The notes under the pieces were generated by a model. It made no database searches, was not told the DNA's origin, and was given only the letters and a program-made list of their open reading frames with translations. Below, piece by piece: positions 17,605 to 21,099 of a DNA stretch of 21,099 nt (the stretch's first letter is position 1; every line of letters starts with the position of its first letter). Source of the DNA: Candidatus Heimdallarchaeota archaeon. Its GTDB lineage: Archaea > Asgardarchaeota > Heimdallarchaeia > Heimdallarchaeales > Kariarchaeaceae. Location: assembly GCA_015523565.1 (NCBI GenBank), contig WAKA01000151.1:1-21099 (forward strand). Direction: 5' to 3'. The translations under genes were made by a program, and so were the position numbers.

Positions 17605-18363
17605 GTGAGCAACATGAATAATGGAATAACAATATTTCCTGTTCAGGACATCCCAATTATTGAAAATGAGCAACATTTGTGGGAGATATTTCAAAATAAA
17701 TTGAAGAATGTCATTAAAGATGGAGACATTCTTGTTTGTGCACATACCCCATTTTCAAGAGTGATGGGATATACAATCGATTTAACAAAAATAGAGCCAA
17801 GCAATAAGGCAATTGAAATTTCAAGGTTTTTGGAAAAGGAACCAAAAAAAATAGAAGCAATTCTTCAAAACAGTAGAGAGATTGTAAAAATAGGAAGAAA
17901 GGTAATTATTGCTGAAAACATGGCGGGAATCACATGTGCAAATGCAGGATTAGATGAATCCAACGCAGGAATAGGTAAGATGATTGCTGTACCTGATAAT
18001 CCAGACAAACTTGCTTCAAAAATCAGATTGTTTGTCAAGGAGAAATTAAACAAAGATATTGCAGTAATTATTTCTGATACTGTTGGACGAGCCCTTAGAC
18101 GCCATGCTGTTAACATCGCAATAGGAGTCAGCGGCTTAGACCCTGTGAAAAGCTATATTGGGAAAAAAGATCTTTTTGGAAGGGTCATGAGGGTCTCAAC
18201 AATAGCTATCGCAGATGAATTAGCGGCTGCGGCAGAACTGATACAAGGTCAAAGCTCAGAAGGAAACCCCTTTGTCATCATTAGAGGATACAAATATGGT
18301 AGAAATAACAATATAGGCGCAAAAGACATAAACAGACCAAAACAAGAGAGGTTATTTAGATGA
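17605..18363 (+). CDS. cofE: Coenzyme F420-0:L-glutamate ligase (CofE family)
   Basis: 'DGDILV', 'CANAGLDESN', 'VIISDTVGRALR', 'DLFGRVM', 'IADELAAAAELIQGQ..EGNPFVIIRG'; start GTG 17605 or ATG 17614. Confidence 0.92.
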   Translation: MSNMNNGITIFPVQDIPIIENEQHLWEIFQNKLKNVIKDGDILVCAHTPFSRVMGYTIDLTKIEPSNKAIEISRFLEKEPKKIEAILQNSREIVKIGRKVIIAENMAGITCANAGLDESNAGIGKMIAVPDNPDKLASKIRLFVKEKLNKDIAVIISDTVGRALRRHAVNIAIGVSGLDPVKSYIGKKDLFGRVMRVSTIAIADELAAAAELIQGQSSEGNPFVIIRGYKYGRNNNIGAKDINRPKQERLFR

Positions 18364-19226
18364 TTGAAAAGATTCCCGCAACATGGATTAATGAGACGGA
18401 CATACCCATTGGAAACTTTCAATCAGAAATAAAAAATGCAGAATGGGTGGTTCTTGGTGTCCCTTTCGATGAGACTGCGTCATTCAGGCAAGGATGTGGT
18501 AATGCACCAGCAAGTATCAGGCAATTTGCAATAAATCTTGAACCAGTAAATCCATTCAATGAAAAAGACATTGCCGAGGTTTTTGTGCATGATTTTGGCG
18601 ATTTAGAATTTTCAGGCAGGGAAGAAATGTTCCATAGGATTCAAAGCATCCTTCGCTTAACTTCCCATGCAAAGCCTATGCTCTTGGGAGGAGAGCACAC
18701 AATCACTGCAAGTGTTGCAGATAGGTTCAAAAATCATTTGTTTTTGATGTTTGATGCCCATGCAGATTTAAGGGATAAATATGATGAAAATGTCTGGTCA
18801 CACGCATGTGTGGCAAGAAGGCTTGTAGAAAAGATAGGAGGGGAAAACCTAATTCAATTCGGGTTAAGGGCAGTTACAAAACAAGAAAGGAGATTTGCCA
18901 AAGAATCAGAAATAATGCAGATCTTTGCGCACGATTGGACAAGGAATAAAGAAGAAAAACTTCTTCAAGAAATCCAAGAGAGACTTCCTTCTTATGAAGG
19001 AATTTATTTGACTTTAGACATGGATGGATTTGATCCTGCCTTTGTCCCAGGTGTTGGAAATCCTGAACCTTTGGGATTGACAACAAGAGAGTTATTCTCC
19101 TTTGTCTCCAAATTGCCAAGAGTTGATGGAGCAGACATCACGGAATTGAATCCAAAATATGACAACACGGGATGTTCACAAGCCGTTGCTGCAAGATTGG
19201 CATTGGTAGTGCTGTCAGGATTCTAA
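18360..19226 (+). CDS. speB: Agmatinase / ureohydrolase family protein
   Basis: 'LGVPFDETASFRQG', 'LGGEH', 'FDAHADLRD', 'SHAC', 'TLDMDGFDP', 'ELNP'; ATGA overlap with the cofE stop codon. Confidence 0.92.
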   Translation: MIEKIPATWINETDIPIGNFQSEIKNAEWVVLGVPFDETASFRQGCGNAPASIRQFAINLEPVNPFNEKDIAEVFVHDFGDLEFSGREEMFHRIQSILRLTSHAKPMLLGGEHTITASVADRFKNHLFLMFDAHADLRDKYDENVWSHACVARRLVEKIGGENLIQFGLRAVTKQERRFAKESEIMQIFAHDWTRNKEEKLLQEIQERLPSYEGIYLTLDMDGFDPAFVPGVGNPEPLGLTTRELFSFVSKLPRVDGADITELNPKYDNTGCSQAVAARLALVVLSGF

Positions 19227-19365
19227 CTAGCAATAAATCGATATGTTTTATAATACCAAAAACGGTAGATGACATGAGACGATGCCATTGGAATGGAAAT
19301 AATCAAAATGAAAAGCTTATTTTCTAAGAGACTTGTTTATGGCATCTCCTTTTTTGGTGGTTTGT

Positions 19366-20499
19366 ATGGTGAATGAAGACTTAGATGATACTATAGTTAC
19401 ACCTTGGGAAGTAAGGGGAAGAATTGATTATGACAAACTCATAAAGAAGTTTGGAACACAACCCTTCACCCCTGAATTAAAGGAGAGAATGGCAAACCTG
19501 ATAGATGGTCCCCTACACCCAATGATCCGAAGAGGGATTGTCTTTTCCCATAGAGATTTTGACTGGTTATTGGATCATATAGAAAAAGGAGGAGATTTTG
19601 TACTTTATACTGGTCGTGGTCCAAGTGGAAACACACACATCGGTCATCTTGTTCCATGGCAATTCACACAATGGCTCCAAGAAAAATTTGATGTAGAATT
19701 GTATTTCCAGTTGACAGATGATGAAAAATTCTTGTTGGATAGGAAAAAATCCTATGAGGAAACTACAAGATATGCTTATCAAAATGCACTGGATATCTTG
19801 GCTGTTGGCTTCAATCCTGAAAAAACTAAGTTCATAATTGATTCAGAAGCGGGCATAAAATTCAGGAGAATTGCTACAGAGATATCACGAAGAATCACCT
19901 TTTCAACAGCAAAGGCCATTTTCGGGTTTACGGAAAGTACAAACATAGGAATGATTTTCCATCCCGCAATGCAGGCGGCGCCTTGTTTTTATCCATCAAT
20001 TCTTCATGGCAGGAAAATCCCCGTATTGATTCCAGCAGGGATTGATCAAGACCCTTATTGGAGAGCAACAAGAGATATTGCAGAAAAGATGGGGTATTAT
20101 AAGCCCGTTGCCCTTCATTCAGAATTTATCCCTGGACTTGAAGAAGGAGGAAAAATGAGTGCCAGTAAACCAGAGACAACAGTGTTCACCACAGATTCTG
20201 CAAAACAGGTAAAGAAAAAAATAAACAGGGCATTTACAGGAGGGAGAGCTACGATTGAAGAACAGAAAAGACTTGGTGGCGAGCCTGAAAAATGCAATGT
20301 ATTCGCTTGGTACAGAACCTCTTTTGAGAATGATGACAAGATGCTCAAAAAACGATGGGATGATTGTAAAAGCGGAAATCTAATGTGTGGTCCTTGTAAA
20401 GGAGAACTTATAGATAGAGTAGTCATATTTTTGGAAGTACATCAACAAAAGGCAGAAGAAGCAAAGGAAGTATTAGAATCTTGCATTATCAGAGAATAA
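19366..20499 (+). CDS. trpS: Tryptophanyl-tRNA synthetase, archaeal/eukaryotic type
   Basis: 'VTPWEV', 'YTGRGPSGNTHIGH', 'GIDQDPY', 'KMSAS'; ATG 19366 follows SD-like GGTGG (preferred over TTG 19333). Confidence 0.97.
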   Translation: MVNEDLDDTIVTPWEVRGRIDYDKLIKKFGTQPFTPELKERMANLIDGPLHPMIRRGIVFSHRDFDWLLDHIEKGGDFVLYTGRGPSGNTHIGHLVPWQFTQWLQEKFDVELYFQLTDDEKFLLDRKKSYEETTRYAYQNALDILAVGFNPEKTKFIIDSEAGIKFRRIATEISRRITFSTAKAIFGFTESTNIGMIFHPAMQAAPCFYPSILHGRKIPVLIPAGIDQDPYWRATRDIAEKMGYYKPVALHSEFIPGLEEGGKMSASKPETTVFTTDSAKQVKKKINRAFTGGRATIEEQKRLGGEPEKCNVFAWYRTSFENDDKMLKKRWDDCKSGNLMCGPCKGELIDRVVIFLEVHQQKAEEAKEVLESCIIRE

Positions 20500-20635
20500 A
20501 AAAATAGGAATAATTCTAACAGTAGTGCAAATAAAAGGGATATTCCTACAAAAAATAACCTTTCCATTCAAAAGAATATAAAGAATATTGCAAGGATTAA
20601 TATTGGTTAATTTTTTTTCAGGGATTAAGAAAAAA

Positions 20636-21099
20636 ATGTGGCAATATATACTGCTAGGACCATTGTCTATTTTGGTTAATGGGTTCTTTTTAAGAAATGC
20701 AATGGGAAGGTTCTTGTCACTGAGAGACAATTTCACAAGCAAATTTCATGAGTCTTTGTTGTTAGGATCTAGCGCAATTGTGATACCAATGGTATTTTTT
20801 GGACTTTTTACTGACAGAAAACTTTTCATTGTGGCATTTTCTTATTTTGCCATTTCTCTTTTAATTATGTCAATTTGGATTGGAAAAACAATCATCAAAT
20901 TCCCAAATTTTCTAAGTAGGGTTGATGAATCCCTAATTGAAATACAAGACGCAGACATATTCATGGAAACCAAGAATTTACAGGAAAGACTTTCTAAAAT
21001 TAACAGGTTCTTTACAGACAACATACCATTCTACAAATTGATTTTGATTGCAAATGTCATAATCATTTTTGACTATGCCTTTCTTGCTTGGATTTCACC
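20636..21099 (+). CDS. Hypothetical membrane protein (3' truncated by the window end)
   Basis: Not in the ORF track because no stop falls inside the window; open from ATG 20636 (MWQYILLGPLSILVNGFFL...) with about 4 hydrophobic segments. Confidence 0.7.
   Translation, partial: MWQYILLGPLSILVNGFFLRNAMGRFLSLRDNFTSKFHESLLLGSSAIVIPMVFFGLFTDRKLFIVAFSYFAISLLIMSIWIGKTIIKFPNFLSRVDESLIEIQDADIFMETKNLQERLSKINRFFTDNIPFYKLILIANVIIIFDYAFLAWIS

Noticed and set aside
20505-20548. 8-bp inverted repeat TAGGAATA/TATTCCTA after trpS
   Set aside because: 28-nt loop, AT-rich, no T-tract; compatible with chance.
991-21024. Many 60-195 aa ORFs overlapping larger genes (e.g. 2115-2702, 4167-4556, 9667-10098, 17246-17745, 20115-20426, 20842-21024)
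   Set aside because: Antisense or alternate-frame shadows of well-supported genes, with no recognisable motifs.
1-21099. CRISPR array, IS element or prophage
   Set aside because: No regularly spaced repeats, transposase, integrase or viral genes were seen.

Overview
AT-rich archaeal chromosomal window. TFB, CofE, an archaeal/eukaryote-type TrpRS, TATA-type promoters and a BHB-type tRNA intron show it is archaeal. A tail-anchored SNARE-motif protein, an LRR-like protein and O2-dependent tyrosine catabolism genes suggest (inference) an Asgard/Heimdallarchaeia-like organism. It holds about 21 protein genes: Lrp, thioredoxin, divergent TFB, 4xCBS, CoA-Nudix, SNARE-like, hypothetical, Gfo/Idh/MocA, LRR-like, DUF47+PiT, YyaL, Zn-finger microprotein, HppD, NHL surface protein, HmgA, AhpD-like, HTH-Zn ribbon, CofE, agmatinase, TrpRS and a partial membrane protein. 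Highlights the ORF track does not explain: (1) a syntaxin-like Q-SNARE with all 16 layers in register, followed by an orphan 349-aa gene; (2) a tRNA-Arg(UCG) interrupted by a 30-nt non-canonical T-loop intron (59/60) with a perfect bulge-helix-bulge; (3) a double-K-turn box C/D sRNA candidate just downstream of that tRNA; (4) a possible Trp-sensing uORF/hairpin leader before trpS. No transposase, integrase or CRISPR array was seen.
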